The notes below the pieces were generated by a model. It was not told where the DNA came from, did not search any database, and saw nothing but the letters and a program-made list of their open reading frames with translations. DNA of 64,000 bases from Paraspadella gotoi. Its lineage: Eukaryota; Animalia; Chaetognatha. A program made the translations under genes and the position numbers. Positions 23,253 to 37,224 of this stretch are shown here, piece by piece (position 1 is the first letter of the stretch; every line of letters begins with the position of its first letter). The stretch lies in the NCBI GenBank assembly GCA_051294375.1, contig CM119265.1, positions 26,637,331 through 26,701,330 of the forward strand. Reading direction: 5' to 3'.

Positions 23253-26200
23253 GATGTTTAGCGAAGTTGCTGCTGATGGCTGTTGAAGCTGGGCAGCAAT
23301 TGATTATGCGACGTAAGAGGGGCGGAGACTAAGCCGGTGAGCAGGTGGTGACCTGGTGGATGGTGTGGGTGGTAGGCGGCAGTTGGTAGGCTGGGGATGT
23401 TGATGCGAAAGATGATTTATGGGGGAAAAGAGAGATCGTTTGCGTAGGAGGAGGAGAGGAGGAAGAGGAGGAGGAAGAATTACGACGTCAACGTCTTCGT
23501 CGTCGGTCTTGCCGTGTTTCGGTTTGCCCGCCCGATTTTTCGCCTCCCGCCCCTCCCGGGGCCCCCCCGGGTCGTCGTCGCTCCTTTTCGTCGGGAATAA
23601 CTGCGAGGGAAGAAAAACAGATATAAGATGTCCGTTTTCCCCCTCTCGGAAAAAGAGGACGAAAGACACGATCGGCGTTGTCGTCTTTGTTGTTGTTGAT
23701 TATTATGCGCCATCTACGAGCGTCGTCGGGCGATCGTCGTTATCCGAGGGCGGCCGCGGGGAAGGAAAAGAGTAATGTCGGGCGATGAGGAAACCGCCGA
23801 AGGGTTTCGCTGGCGAGTCTGCCGGAGGAAGCGGCGGCGGCGGAGGCGGGAGGCCAAGTCCGGAGATCTTCTGGGCACGGCCGAAAGGAACGTTTCGGCG
23901 GGGAAGTGCGCGGAGATTTGGACGCCTGTCCGTGTTGACAAAGCTACGCCATCCGCCGGCTGCCGAAAGGACGAACGGCGCCGGGAGAGAAGAAGAATGA
24001 CTCGGCCGGCAAGGAAGATGGAAACGGCGCCGATGTTAAGAGTACCGCCGAATGGCGTTCGCGATGAAGAGACGAGCAAAGGCGCGCCGGCACGCCCGAC
24101 TGCCTGGAGAGAGGGAGGACGGCGCGCCTGTCGGGACTCGTTAGCGGGAGACAGGAGAGCGGCGTCGGTCCCGTCTGAGCGGCGTCCTGGGGGCGGCCGA
24201 TCGCTGCCGCATGCCCAGCGTGTAGCTCGTGGGTAGGCGGATGGCAGGCGCGGCAGAGGGCCGAGGCAAGCAGCGGCGGGAGAATTTTCGAGAGCCGGAA
24301 AGTAGACTGGGAGAATTCGAGAGCGAGTGTAGGTTCTTCTTGTTTGTGGGGAATACATGGGTGGGAGAGAGAGAGAGAGAGAGAGAAGAAAGAGAGAGAA
24401 GAGAAGAAGAAGAGAGAGAGAGAGAGAGAGAGAGAGTTAGAGGAGAGAGAGAGAGAAGACAGCCCGGAGATGGCGGGTTAAGAGGGAGGTGAAATTGCAA
24501 AATTTTATTGACTTATTATTTTTTGACGGACGAAATTAGTTTTTCGCAGTTTAGACTATACACTTAAATAATTACGTCTCGGCCTTCGGACGTGCAATTA
24601 TGTATAGGTTAATGGCAGAATGTGATTGTTTTTAATGTATTGCAGAATGGCGTAAAGGCAGAAAAGTCGCTTGTTATCTTTCAATAAGGCGTGCCAAATG
24701 ACGGTTGTTATCTAAGATTGGCCGCAACGAAAGGTCAAGTTTATTGGGGATGCGCAGTGTCGGAGATGAAACGTCAATGTTCGAAATGAACAACAATATA
24801 GATGCCACGACAGAACGATTGAAAAAAAAGTGATAATCGAAAGTATTTTCTATTTTCTTTCGATGGATTGAAGGCTTTGAATGTCCTTTTTTTAGAAAGT
24901 GAGGGGATGGGGGTGTAAGAAAGAAGAAGGGAGAGGAAGGCGTAGAGTAAAGAGGTAGGAGGAGGAGCTCAGGGAGAAGGAGTGTCGGGGGCAATAGTGG
25001 CACGAAATCGAATCTGGCGCAAAATATAAAATACCAAGAGGAATTTTGAGGAAGAATGGATAAATATTGATCGGCGGAAGAGCGTCTTTTTTTTTTTTTG
25101 AAATGGAATCGAAAAACGCAATGGAGGAATAATAATAGGAGGAGGGGAGGAGGAGGGAAGGAGGAGGACGGAAAGAACAAGAAGTAAATAAAGCAATTGA
25201 GTACAACGACGACGAGACGACAGACGATCGACGACGGAACGACGAACGACGACGACGAAAAACCGAGCGGCGAAAAGAACCAGAAGAATGGAATGGTAAT
25301 TGATAGGGAGGAGGAAGAGCGAATGCAGAAGAGGAAAATATTGAGATGCGGGAGAGAGGGAGGGGAAGTAGGAGGAAGAGGAGGGGGGAAACTGGAGAGG
25401 AAAACATCAAAGAGAGAGAAGAGAGAGAAAGAGAGAGGAGAGAGAGAGAGAGAGAGAGTAACCGTAACAAAGAGAAAGTAAAACCGTTTAGAGATTCTGA
25501 GTGATACGTTATAATTAATGTTGGCCGAATCATAGAAGAGAAAAAAAAACACTTTAAGATTTCCCAAAGAAACTTTTGATTATTGCTATTATGTTCAAAT
25601 ATTTCTATTAAGGAATTTAAAAATATTATGTAACAATAATGATGTCAGGTTGTAATTATATCAGCTAAGTATTGAAATGTTTTAAAGGGATGTTTTTGAA
25701 AAAATTTAAAGAGGCTCGTGAATCAATATTTAAATATTTTGTATTGTGTTGAAACTAATTTTCAAAATCATCTTAAATGCATTGATTTTTTTTCGTCAAT
25801 TATTGATGATTCATGCAATCGATAGTGGTAATTATTTGAAATTCAGGCGGATTGGGAACGAAATGGGGTGAAAAACCAAATAGAAACAAAATAGATAAAA
25901 AATAAAGGGATTCTCTAAATTTATATGACATGTTATGAAATTGGTTACAACTAATACAAAAAGTTATTCATTTAGAAAAGAATTCTCGTTCCAGGCCTTT
26001 TTGTCGTTACGTCGTGATGATAAATGATATTAAATAGTTGTTTTACTTCCTAATAATAGCGACAATTTTTCGTTTTCTAAGACAAAACAAGACTTTAGGT
26101 TGTGTTGGTTAACGACAACAATAACGCTGCCGTTAGTAATGCAATGTCATCGCGTCGTTGATAATGAGAGCGTCAAAATTGCATTGTTGATAAAGTATCA

Positions 26201-26370
26201 TTGCATCAATAGTAATGTTAATGACATTGAGTCGATCCTTTAATAATTGGATTAATGTTATCGCATTCGTGTTAACAGACATGTCACTAAATCTTTGATA
26301 ATGACAGTGTTATTGCGTCGTTGGAGATACGGCCGTCATTATGGCGTCCCTCATTTTTGACATCATGACG
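23253..26370 (-). CDS. Tentative leucine-rich-repeat, probably single-pass membrane protein gene, heavily frameshifted
   Basis: Minus-strand peptide fragments in order: signal-like LLTAALLLSLTNTT (~26100-26140); LRR-like ILKISFNTIQNI/NIDSRA (~25710-25770); ILDNNRHLARLIER/ATFLPL (~24655-24720); a hydrophobic segment GGTLNIGAVSIFLAG.VILLLS (~23985-24050); a Pro-rich tail GLPPPPPPLPPADSP; and a His/Gln-rich end ..SFNSHQQQLR*. The 23250-24350 block is GC-rich like the MFS exons. Exon boundaries are not resolvable. Confidence 0.4.
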
Positions 26371-26555
26371 GCGTGAACTGCCGTGAGCCAGTGAACCGCT
26401 CGTTGGTCCGTGAAATCGAATCACGTCAACGACGAAGAGTTTGGAAATTAAAACCGTCGACTGCTTTTATGGTGTGGGAAATTCATGGTGGCGTAAAATC
26501 GTGATGTTATATTTAAGCTAGTGGGCTCTTTGGAGTAAGAGAGAGAGAGAGAAAG

Positions 26556-26627
<72 letters not shown>

Positions 26628-29600
26628 GAGAGAGGTGGGGGACTGCGAAATGGCGAATAAGAGATGAACCAAATTTCAGTCTGTGTTTGCTTAAACGTAG
26701 GCAAGCGGCGGGAAAGCTGTCCGAGGGGGGAGAGCAGAGGGAGGTGAGGGAAGGAGGGAGAGAGGGAAGATGGGGATGGAATGAAGAGGAAGATGGTTAG
26801 AGAAGAAGAAGGAGGAAAGAGTGATAAGGCTTTAGAAGAAAAGTGAGTGATTGAAAAATAAAAAAAAGCTCTTTAGTGAAATTGATGTACTCGTGTTATT
26901 TGGAAAATGCGGTAAAAGGCAGAATAAATAAAAAAAATCGATGGGAGAATAGTAAAAGAAACTGAATAAATACCGTAAATAGACATTGATCTTTCATAAT
27001 GTTCCTCTCGTATACATTTCAGAATAGACAGTTACATTTTACATTCATTTGTATCATTATCAAATAGTAAAATTATCAGATGAGCTTTCAGAAAAAATAT
27101 TGGCCAGTAATGATCTTCAAATTTTAAGTATTTATAGCACCTTTTTCAACTATTTCTTAAACCCCTTTCACTGCCCTCCTCCTCTTCCTCACTCTCCCTC
27201 CTCCTCCTCTACATCCTGCCCCCCCTAACGTCGCATCTTATTCGTCTCCATTGAATAAAGGCGGATGAAAAACAAATTATTCACTTTGCTTTGCTTCATA
27301 ACAGGATTAAACCGCTTTTTTTTCCCCTTTTTTATTTTGCGACTCCTCTCACTCTCTCTCTTCTCTCCTCTCTCTCGTCTCTCTCTCTCTCTCTCATTAT
27401 CTCTTCTCTCTCTCAGCTCTCATCTCTTCGATCCAAATCCTTTTTTTTCCTCTTCGCAACGGAATTATGCGGAAAATGGGTGGCAAAATTCTGTCAATTA
27501 AGAATCAACCTCGTTTTCCGATGAATAGGAAGTGAATGGTGAAAAAAGCGAGAGTTGAGAGATTAAGGGAATAGAAAGAAGGGAAGGAATGAAGAAAGGG
27601 AGTAAGGGGATAAGGGGAATAAAGAAGAGGGGAAGTAGGAAAAGATATGGGAGTAAAGGGAATTATGATGAGGGGGGTGGTTAGAGAATAATAATAGGAG
27701 AGCAGAAATAGAGTGGAACGCTAGGAAGAATATTAGAAAAGAAGATAAAAGAATTGGAGAGAGGGGAGAGGTAGAAAGAGAGAGACAATAGGTAAAGAGA
27801 AGGAATGAGGAGAAGGAGAAAAGGAATAAGGGAAAGTTAGGGCGAGAGAGGAGGTAGAAAAGAGGAAAGAAAATTGAGATGGTAAGATGGTTCATAACGA
27901 AGAAAAGAAGAAAAATATCAGACCATGAATGCTTATACCTAAGTTATTGTTTGATTGGGCTGTTACATATTATTCTTTAAAAAAAAAACTACTCTTGGAG
28001 TAAGTTATGGTGACTCTTAGATTAAGCCTTTTTTTAATAAACCAATCTTTTAAAAGCATTTGGTGATTGAAACCTAATGGAAATCTTATATTACATTGAA
28101 TGTGAAAAAGAAACGATATCGTATCCTGAGGTCGAGGTCCCCTTAAAAAGTTACTTATGGATTTCTTCGTCCATTTTGCGGATTCAAAAAGTTGAACTTT
28201 ACATTGAAATTCGATTCGGTCATTTTTGCTATTCGGAAAGAACTGATTTTTCCAACATGACAAAAAATAAATTCTTCAATATTTTTTTATTTTGGAAAAA
28301 AAAAAAATCAATAATGCATACGAAAAACTGCGATGGAATTGCTCTTCTCTTCTCGTCTCATCCCTCTTCTCATCTCTTCTTCCTCTCTGTCATCGCTATC
28401 TTTCGCGACTTTTGAGAATTTCTTTCAATCGATTTGATTCCATAATATTTATCATTTTCAGATAATTTAAAAACGATAAAACTGAAAAAAAATAAAAGTG
28501 AATTTTGAATATTTCTTTCTTTCCGTTTCCAATACGTAGTTTTGAAAATCTATTTTGTTTCCAACAAGAAACAAAATGAAAAAAAAAGATAAATAACATT
28601 AAAAAAAGAAAAATATTTAAGAATTTGATTTCAACTTTTGTTCATAACGAAATGAAAAATTTTACTCAAAGATGCATTGAGAAAAAAAAAACTTTTCAAA
28701 AAAAACAATAAAGATTTTTTTAAAATCCAGAACTTATGTTTTCAAAAAAGAGAATTTGAACATTCTTATTAATCTTATAAATAGTCAAAGGATAAGGCAG
28801 AGGCTGGGTTACTAAAGAAACTGTTTTGATAGTACAAATGACTTTGAATTAGTATGATAGTACATTTATGCTCATGGATACGTATCCAGTAATATGCATT
28901 AACTCCCGCACAAGTGAAAGTTAAGAGCTGCGGAGGCGACGGAATCACCGGATGAGTGAATACTATAATCCTAAATATCTGCAATGCACAGCATTTTCAA
29001 AATTTGTTATTTAAAAAAAAAGTGACAATTAATTGATGCAACGATTAAGCGAGAAAAACAAAACAGAAGATAAATCGAGCGACTGTAAATGAATATATCA
29101 AAAGGAAAATAGCAGTTTACGGTCTCTAAGTCAGTCAGTCAAGTTTTAATTATTTGTCATTTTGTGATAGTCGATGACGATCGGTAATAGAACAGAAAAA
29201 ATATGAAGTTTTGATAAAAAGACTTATATAGATAAAAAAATACTATTACAGATGAATCAAAGTAGCAGCCAGAGTCTGGTATTTTGTCAACATAATTCAT
29301 TGATGAGAAAAGTGTAATGAACGAACTTTGGTTATACAAAGAGCCGAACCAATCTTAGTATTATATTCGATTTAAAACTTTACCGGGTATATTTAATACT
29401 GTCTTTCGAACGATATTTTTATTTGGATGTTGCTTTTGTATCTTTCCTCTTATGACTTTAATATGACTTAAAATTCAATAGAATAAACTAATTTTTGTAA
29501 AATGTCTTGTTCTCTTCTGTTCGTCCTGCATTTTGTCATTTTTCGACATTTTTTCTGCGTTTTATAATTTGCTCATAGTCTTGTCTAATTTCTTCACTCA

Positions 29601-31589
29601 CTCATCGTTCTTTATTTTTACTCTCATGAATGTTTCGATTGCTCAGTTCTGCGTCATTCTCTCATTCTCAGTCTCTCATTCTCAGTCTCCATCATATCTC
29701 ATTTCTCTCATTCTCATCTTTAAAGCAAAAGAACACCAACTCGCTAGCACGAGATCATGAGAAAGAGGAATATTAAGAGCAGAGGAGGTAACGGGAGGAG
29801 GAACGGATGCGATGAGGATAGGATGTATGTGAGGAGCGCTATCGAAGGTAAGTTCAGTCAAGGTTCCTCAATCATAATGCTCAGCGAACAAATGGAATCA
29901 AAACAAATCAAGAAGAGATCCTTGTCGGTGACATCGGGCTTCGACTACGCTCAGCATATATGACGAGGTAATGGTATCGCCCGACGGCTGACTGAGAGAG
30001 AGAGAGGGTGGAGGAGAGAGAGGTTAAGCGTTAAAGGCGATGTGGGGGCGTTTGGCCGATGAGACGGAGAATAAAACCTCGGAGGTAGTGCGCAGAGACG
30101 AACGTCTGCAACGAAGGAAGATTGGGAGGGTGATGGAACAGAGGCGGCGGTGGGGCGTGTGGGGGATGGAAAGCGTCGTAAAGTGACGACGGTGTCGATG
30201 AAATCAAACGCCGGGTGCCACGGCTGGAAAATGATGGCATAATAGGGTTTGATGGCAAACTGCAAAAAAAAACAAATCGGCAAGATGGACAAATGGTAAA
30301 TATGCTCAATTGAAAATGGCAAATTATCACAGTGGCAAAGGGAAATCTAATGGCAAAAGTCTAATGGCAAGATGATGTTAATTTTTGTTTTCTGCTTTCT
30401 TTCCTCTCTTTTAACTCTTTATTTTCTCTCTGTTTAGAATCATTGCCACAAGTTTACATCTTTTTAATCCCTCCCTCTGGGTTCTCTGCTCTCTCTCTTT
30501 CCTCCCTATTCCCTTATAATCCTCTCTCTCTCTCTCTCGCTTCCTGGAATCTCTCTCTCTCTCTCTCCTCTCTCTCTCATGGTCTCGAGCTCGATAGAGA
30601 TCTTCTGCCGTTCTAGACGCCTCTCCTAGCGTGATGTCGTGTATAGGCAGGAACTGCTCCCCTCGTCTCCTCGGCTTTTATGTTGTTTAAAGTTCGTCTC
30701 AGGTCCGTCTTGTATGTGTCGCTTTTTTCGCTGTCTCACAATCTCTCTCTCCTCCCCTTTGCCTATACCCCTGTCCCCCCAATAAGGCGTAGTAATTTCT
30801 AATTTAACTTTAATATAAAATTCTAAAAGTAAGGACGAAACAATCATTATAGTTAATGAAGCATTTATGGTAATAAAAATTGTATTAATAATTTTACATA
30901 TTTACGCAGTAGGTCTATATTTTCATAGCTGGGTTGACTAGAACCAAATAAAATTGTTTAAAATTTCAAAAAAGTTTTTTTTAAAGGATTTTGTTTTGCA
31001 GATATTATGTGGATTCGTCATAAAAAGTTGATAAATAAGAAAATATTAACTCTTTTTTGAAAAATTTCCTTCGATTAGATGGGATCAAATCGAACTAAAA
31101 AAAACCAATTATTTTAAGCTGAAACATTAAATCTTTTTTATATATTAAATATTATGTTTTCTTTTAATTTTCAACCTAATTTATGAAAGAATTTTTTTAA
31201 AAATGATTTATAGTTTTTCTTTTATCAACTTTTGACGGAGCGAAAATTCAAATCTGTCAATAAAAAATTAAAGAAAAGCCTATTTATTTTGAATATTTTT
31301 CGATTCCTATAAGGCGATAGTGATCTATATGATATTAATATAGCCTGAAATGCGAAAATTAAAAAGACATAAAAATTAATTTTTTTGCAAATTAAATGTT
31401 GCACTGATGGTATGTTGATTTATTATATTGACTTTAGAATTTTCTATGTAACTTTCAACTACGCTTAGTCCCGCACTCCCCCGCCTGGTGGAGGCTGTTT
31501 GTCGAAACACGCCGCTCCGGATCATAAACTGGTGCTTAGCCAACGGGAGGAAGAAAAGCTCGGGCGGCGATTTTTTGGGGGGAAGTGGC

Positions 31590-32460
31590 AGAACGGGAGG
31601 CACGAAACGTGGAAGGAAAGTGGAGGAAAGTGGGAGCGAATAGAGGGTATGAGGAGGAAGAGAGAGGAGGAAAGTGGAAAGAAAGGTAGGAGGAAGAGGA
31701 GTGAGGTAAAGTGGAGAGGAAAGGATGGAGGAAAGGAAGGAAAGGAGAGAGGGAGAGGAGGAGGAAAGTGGAGGAATATGAAGGAAAGGAGGGAGGAAAG
31801 TGGAGGAAAGGAGAAGGAAAGAGGAAGGAGGAAAGTGGAGGAAAGGAGAGGAAAGTGGAGGAGGAAAGTGGAGGAAAGAGGAGGGGAGTGGAGGAAAGAG
31901 AAGGAAGGATAGGATGGAGGAAAGAGGAGAGGAAAGTCTTGAGGAGAGAAGGGATAGGAGTGAAAGGAGGAGGAGAAGGGAGAAGAGAGGAGAGTGAAGA
32001 GAAGGAGAGAGGAGAGAGAGAGGAGGAGGAAAGTGGAAAAAAGGAGGGAGAAGGAGGAGGAGAAGGAGGAGAATGGGAGGAAAGTGAGGAAACAGGAAAA
32101 AGTGGAGAGATAGAAGCAGGAAGAAGGGGAGAAAGCAGTGAGGAAAAGGAGGAGGAAAGTAGAGGAAAGGAGGAGGAAGAGTAGGGGGTAAAGAGGAGGA
32201 AGAAAGGGAGGAAGAGGAGAAGAGAGTGAAAGTGGAGGGAAAGGAGGAGGAAGAGGCGGAGGAAAGTGAGGAAAGGAAAGGAAAGGATGAGGTAGAGGAG
32301 GGGGAAGGGAGAAAGTAGAAGAGAAAGGGAGGAAGGAGATGGAGGAAAGGAGAGGAAAGTGAGAGGAAAGAGGAAGAGAAGGAAAGGGAGGATAGAAGTG
32401 GAGGAGAAAGGAGGAAGGAGAGGATGAGAAGAGGAGAAGCTGAAAAACGGAGGAGAGACG
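31590..32460 (+). repeat. ~870-bp polypurine tract (GGAGGAAAGT/GAG units)
   Basis: Almost pure A/G sequence with recurring GAGGAAAGTG. Inverted copies lie at ~48990-49760 and ~59620-60400. Confidence 0.9.
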
Positions 32461-33464
32461 GAAGATTCATCTGGATCTTAAAAGCGGAGACTGATACAGT
32501 TTGAGCAAAGGGGGATGACGAATGATTGATGATGATGATGGATGTATGATGACGTATGATGATGATGACGATGATTGAAAGACGAATGTAGATTGATGGG
32601 CGATCGAAAATAGTAAAATAAGAACATTTATGAAACCGTATCAAAAGATATGAAAATGATATAAACAGCTGCCATAGTGTAAATGAGATTGAAGAAGCGT
32701 ATCTTCAAGTTACTCTGCTTACAGTAATAATCTGATTATGATGATAAATGAAGTTTAAAAAAGTTTTAATCTTCACTTTTAGCCATGTCTCCCTCTTTGC
32801 ATGGTCACTCCTCTATCCCCATGGTCCCTTTCCCCCTTTACTTGCTTCTCAGACCCGCTAACCTTCCCTTCAAAAATTTTTTTCCTGCCATCGTCAAAGC
32901 AGCTAATATTTCATACTCTTGACAGCCGTCGGACGGGCGAGAGAGCGAGAGAAGAGAGACGAGAGAGAGCGAGATGAGAGAAGAGAGAAGAGAGAAGCAT
33001 TTCCGGAGGTAAGCTCGAAAAAAAAAGAGAGGAAGTTCGGGGTACAGCAATATCATATTCCGCCTCATCCGCGGGCCATACAAACAATAAGGGAGCGAGA
33101 AGAGAATATTGTCAAGTGTAAAGTGCCTGACTTAACTCTCTGGCTCATCTCTCTCTCTCTCTCTCGTCTCTCTTCTCTCTCTTCTCTCATCGTCTCTCTT
33201 CTCTCTTCTTCTCTCTTCTCTCTCTTCTCTCGTCTCGTTGTCCAGTAAGATGATTTAGCCCGGAGAAAAAACGTAATAAAATCAATAATAAAAGGGAAAA
33301 TACGGTCACGTCGACTTTCAGCATGGAGATTTTCTGAAGCAGGTGGCAGGGAAAGTTTATATTGAGGCCGGGGATAAAAAGCCTTTGAATCGGCTGAGGA
33401 AAGGTAAAGGCAATCGGGGTTTAAGGCAAAAAGGGAGATTTGGTAGAGGAAGAGAGAGAAAGAG

Positions 33465-33515
<51 letters not shown>

Positions 33516-33813
33516 GATAATGATATGGGGTTTTTTTTAAGACGTTTATATGGAAACCAACAAATAAGACTGATTTAATAGCAAACAATTTCAACTTAAT
33601 ATTAAAAGATTTATGTTAAATAACGGAATATGGAAAAATGAACGCCCGCTCATTCACAGTAGGTAATAAAGTGGCAATCATCCTTACACATAAAGAAATC
33701 TTAAATGTATGGTAATGCAGTATATAACCTATTGTATTATAGCATTTAATTTAGAAAGATAAGCTGAGCGAACCATAGCTTTAAAGATGATTAAACGATA
33801 ATGATAATAAGAG

Positions 33814-33888
<75 letters not shown>

Positions 33889-34804
33889 GTTCGCGGATCA
33901 TGTAATACTGATTATTGTGAGCAGCGACCGGTCGGCGCGCAACTAAAGCTAAGCAGCAACAATAACAACTCATCAAAGGTTCGATTCAAAGAGAATGAAG
34001 GCGCATCGAAGAAAGGCAACGATCGACCAATGGGGGAGGAGGGGTGGGGCGGTAAGGGTGGATGGGGGTTGAAGTTAGGGTGTAAGGTGTTGTTCTCTCC
34101 AGTCTCGATTGGAACCGGGGAATTTTATGTGTGTCGTGGTTTTTTCCGGAGGGGATGGGAGAAAACAACAACAACAACAACATACAAAACAATATGGAAT
34201 AATTGCGACTTCAAACGTCAGGGAATCTGACAAAGACGAACGCACGACGACGACGACGCGATGATCGAAGAATTGATTCGTTTTGGGTTTTGAGTCAGAT
34301 CGTCATTTGTTTATGAATGCATTTAACGAATAAATAATTTATAGAAGATGTAGTTAGAAGTGAACTACAAAAATTAAAGTATACAGGTTTTGTACACTGC
34401 TTTTTTAGAATTTCTGACCTGTATACATATACAGCAGTAGAAAATCGTCAATAAAAACTTTTCATTATTTTTGGCAAACAACTAATTTATTGAAAGCATG
34501 AAAAATACTGTTTCAAATATACAAGAAGTTTAAGAATGGATGGTATGATATGATGATGATGAATTGATGATGATGAGATTTTGCAAGAAAAAATGATGAA
34601 AAATGGGATTGATGAAAAAATGGATCGAATTGATTTAAATGTAATTCGAAAAAATGAAAAAAAAAAAACGATAATCACGACCGAGAACAAAGTAAAATAC
34701 TTTCACATCGTCGCTTACTTTGGATTCTCTTTATTCGTGAAGATTTGGCGAAACTAATTTATGCTCCTCGTAAATCAAGAGCGAAACGATGATCGCGATG
34801 TAAG

Positions 34805-34880
34805 ACGGTCAGCGTGATCGGAAAGGTGTCACGTGGGATGAGACGGGCTCAATGTCGTTGGATCAAAGGTCACGTGGTGC
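34805..34880. promoter_or_regulatory. Periodic E-box array (CACGTGAC core at 17-bp spacing)
   Basis: Clearest in the inverted copy: CACGTGAC/AACGTGAC at 44960, 44977, 44994 and 45011. Also present at ~57409-57465. Confidence 0.5.
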
Positions 34881-37192
34881 AATAATGCCAACGTGTGTGA
34901 GCGGATTGGTTTGTGACGTCTTCATCTCTCAACGATTTTCTTTTGGAAATACTTATTATTTTTTTTCTTTCTTTACGAATGTTTTTTTGTTATTATTTAA
35001 TTGTTTTTAAAAAGTACTTTTGTTATGTTATTATACTAGTAAGTATATATCAATCGATCAAGGTAATAAAGATAACAAAACTTAATGCAAATTAATTCCA
35101 CGTAAGATTGATGACAAGACGGCTAAGAATGGACAAGGCAAATAACCGTGACATAAAAGAGACGAATGATGTAGACGGATATCGATTGATGATAGTGATG
35201 ATATAGAATGATGATGATTGATGATAGATGATGGATGGTAACGAACAACACGCTGACAGGATAGGACGATAGAAGTGAAAACGACGAATGAAGAATGAAC
35301 GTAATTAAAAATCCTCCAAGTGAAGAAAGCACCAAAATTGGCAAATAAGAACATAGCAATAAAAGACCCAAGTGTAAAAGGGTTAAAATCAGATTTGAAA
35401 TCAAGATGAAGTATCGCTATTAATTTAGTAATAATATGAAGAATATTGATTAGTTTTATGATCGCAGATTCAAAAGTAAGAAATAGAAGAGACAGAATTT
35501 TAAATTTGATTTTTATTCTAAAAAAGAAAAACAAATGATGATACTGATCGTGAATTAAAGTCCATTTACCACTTCTATTGAAAGGTTAACTTTAACTACT
35601 AGGCTTTGTTCCTAAAAATAAAATTAAAAATTGAACTACTATATAAATATCAAATATTACAAGTTTTTCATAAAATTGCATTGAGAAGATTTAGAAAGTA
35701 AAGTTAATGAGGTCAAAATCCGACACCCCAGACGAGTGGCATCCGCAAGGAAAAAGGCAAAAGAAAAGAGAGAGCAGAGGAAGAGATATAGAAGAGAGAG
35801 AGAAAGATGAGAGAACGAGAGATGAAATAATGCAAGTGAAATCACGGTGATAAGATAGAGGAGAGGAGAAGAAGAGAAAGAAGAAGAGGGGAGAAGAGAG
35901 GACTTTTAAATTTGTCGCTTCCGTTGTCAGAGTAGTAGGTCTCTCTCTCTCTCTCCCCCGAAACGCATAACGAATTTCTCAAAGTCCGTTCGTTTAAATC
36001 TTTCGCGCGTTTGCGTCTCTCTATTAACTCTCAACGAGGAACAAAAGGTTAAATCGTCGGCACAAACAAAGAGCAATTCGATTATCGTTGGAGAGAAACA
36101 AAAGCGCGACGCGTTTGGCGCCGCTAGATTGCGCCGCGGCTGCCTGCCGCTGTCTGCGGCGCTGCCTGCCGCCGCGCTGACCTCGATTTTCAATTTAATG
36201 GTTATGGATCCTTTATTTTAATGTCTTCACTGATGGCATCAGATTTACGCGCACTGGACTCGCCGCCGCCCGCCGTCGCCGCCGGCGCCCCGCGCCGCCG
36301 CCGCCGCGCCGCCGCGCCGCCGCCGCCTGCCGCCGCCGCCGCCGCCGCTTCTCAACCGCGTCGTTTCATACCTCATTCAATAGCGTTATCTGCCGCCGCC
36401 GCCGTCGACCAGCCGCTCGTATTCATCTCCTTTTCTTAACAACCCAACGTATCCCATTAATCTCGCCCTGTTTACTCTTGTCCCACGGAAAATTTAAAGC
36501 CACTCACGACGTCTTCTCGCGGTTCTCGAACAAAAGGACAACGATTTTTAAAACTATATGGGAAAGAAAATGATAGAGAAAAAGACCAGTGGCTGCGGCG
36601 GTACATTTGTAAATCGATCTCGGTGGTTCTTTCAGTTGTGGTAATCTTAAGCTGCATGTTATGGATAAAAAAAATACTACAGCTTGCTTTTTATCTCTGA
36701 AAACACTAATAAATTATTTTTTAAATAAAAATTGGTAGAAATAAAAAATCTATATATTAAAATTAAATGCTGATAAAAATTAACAGTAAAAGACGGGAAA
36801 GTAAGTCGCTAAAGCTAACATAATTGTATAATGAGATAAGATAAAATAAGAAAAGGATAAGAAAAAATAAAGAAAGAAGATGAAAAGCAAAGAGAAATAA
36901 AAGATGAGAATAAGAAGCCATAAAAATTGGATTCTGTGACAGGAGAAGAAAGATGAAGCCGAACGAGGGACGGACAAAGGGAAAGTTTATTTGGGTTCGA
37001 AAAAGGAAAGAAAACAATGAGGTAATTAGGGGTAAGGAGGTAAGGTCGTTCTTGAGGCGGGAGAGAGAGGGACGAGGTGAGGCGTTGGATGTGATAACAA
37101 TGGGGAACTGATAAAAGGAGTGAATTTATTGTCACTAAGAGGGACGTTTGAAAAGGAGAGAGATGAGAGAGAGAGAGAGAGAGGAGAGAGAG

Positions 37193-37224
<32 letters not shown>

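Noticed and set aside
23775-24236. Plus-strand 153-aa ORF
   Set aside because: Probably the antisense shadow of a GC-rich minus-strand exon. No recognisable domain.
31376-32644. 422-aa ORF, plus other long ORFs such as 18724-19656, 48851-49441 and 59355-60095
   Set aside because: These are translations of polypurine/polypyrimidine low-complexity tracts that lack stop codons by composition.
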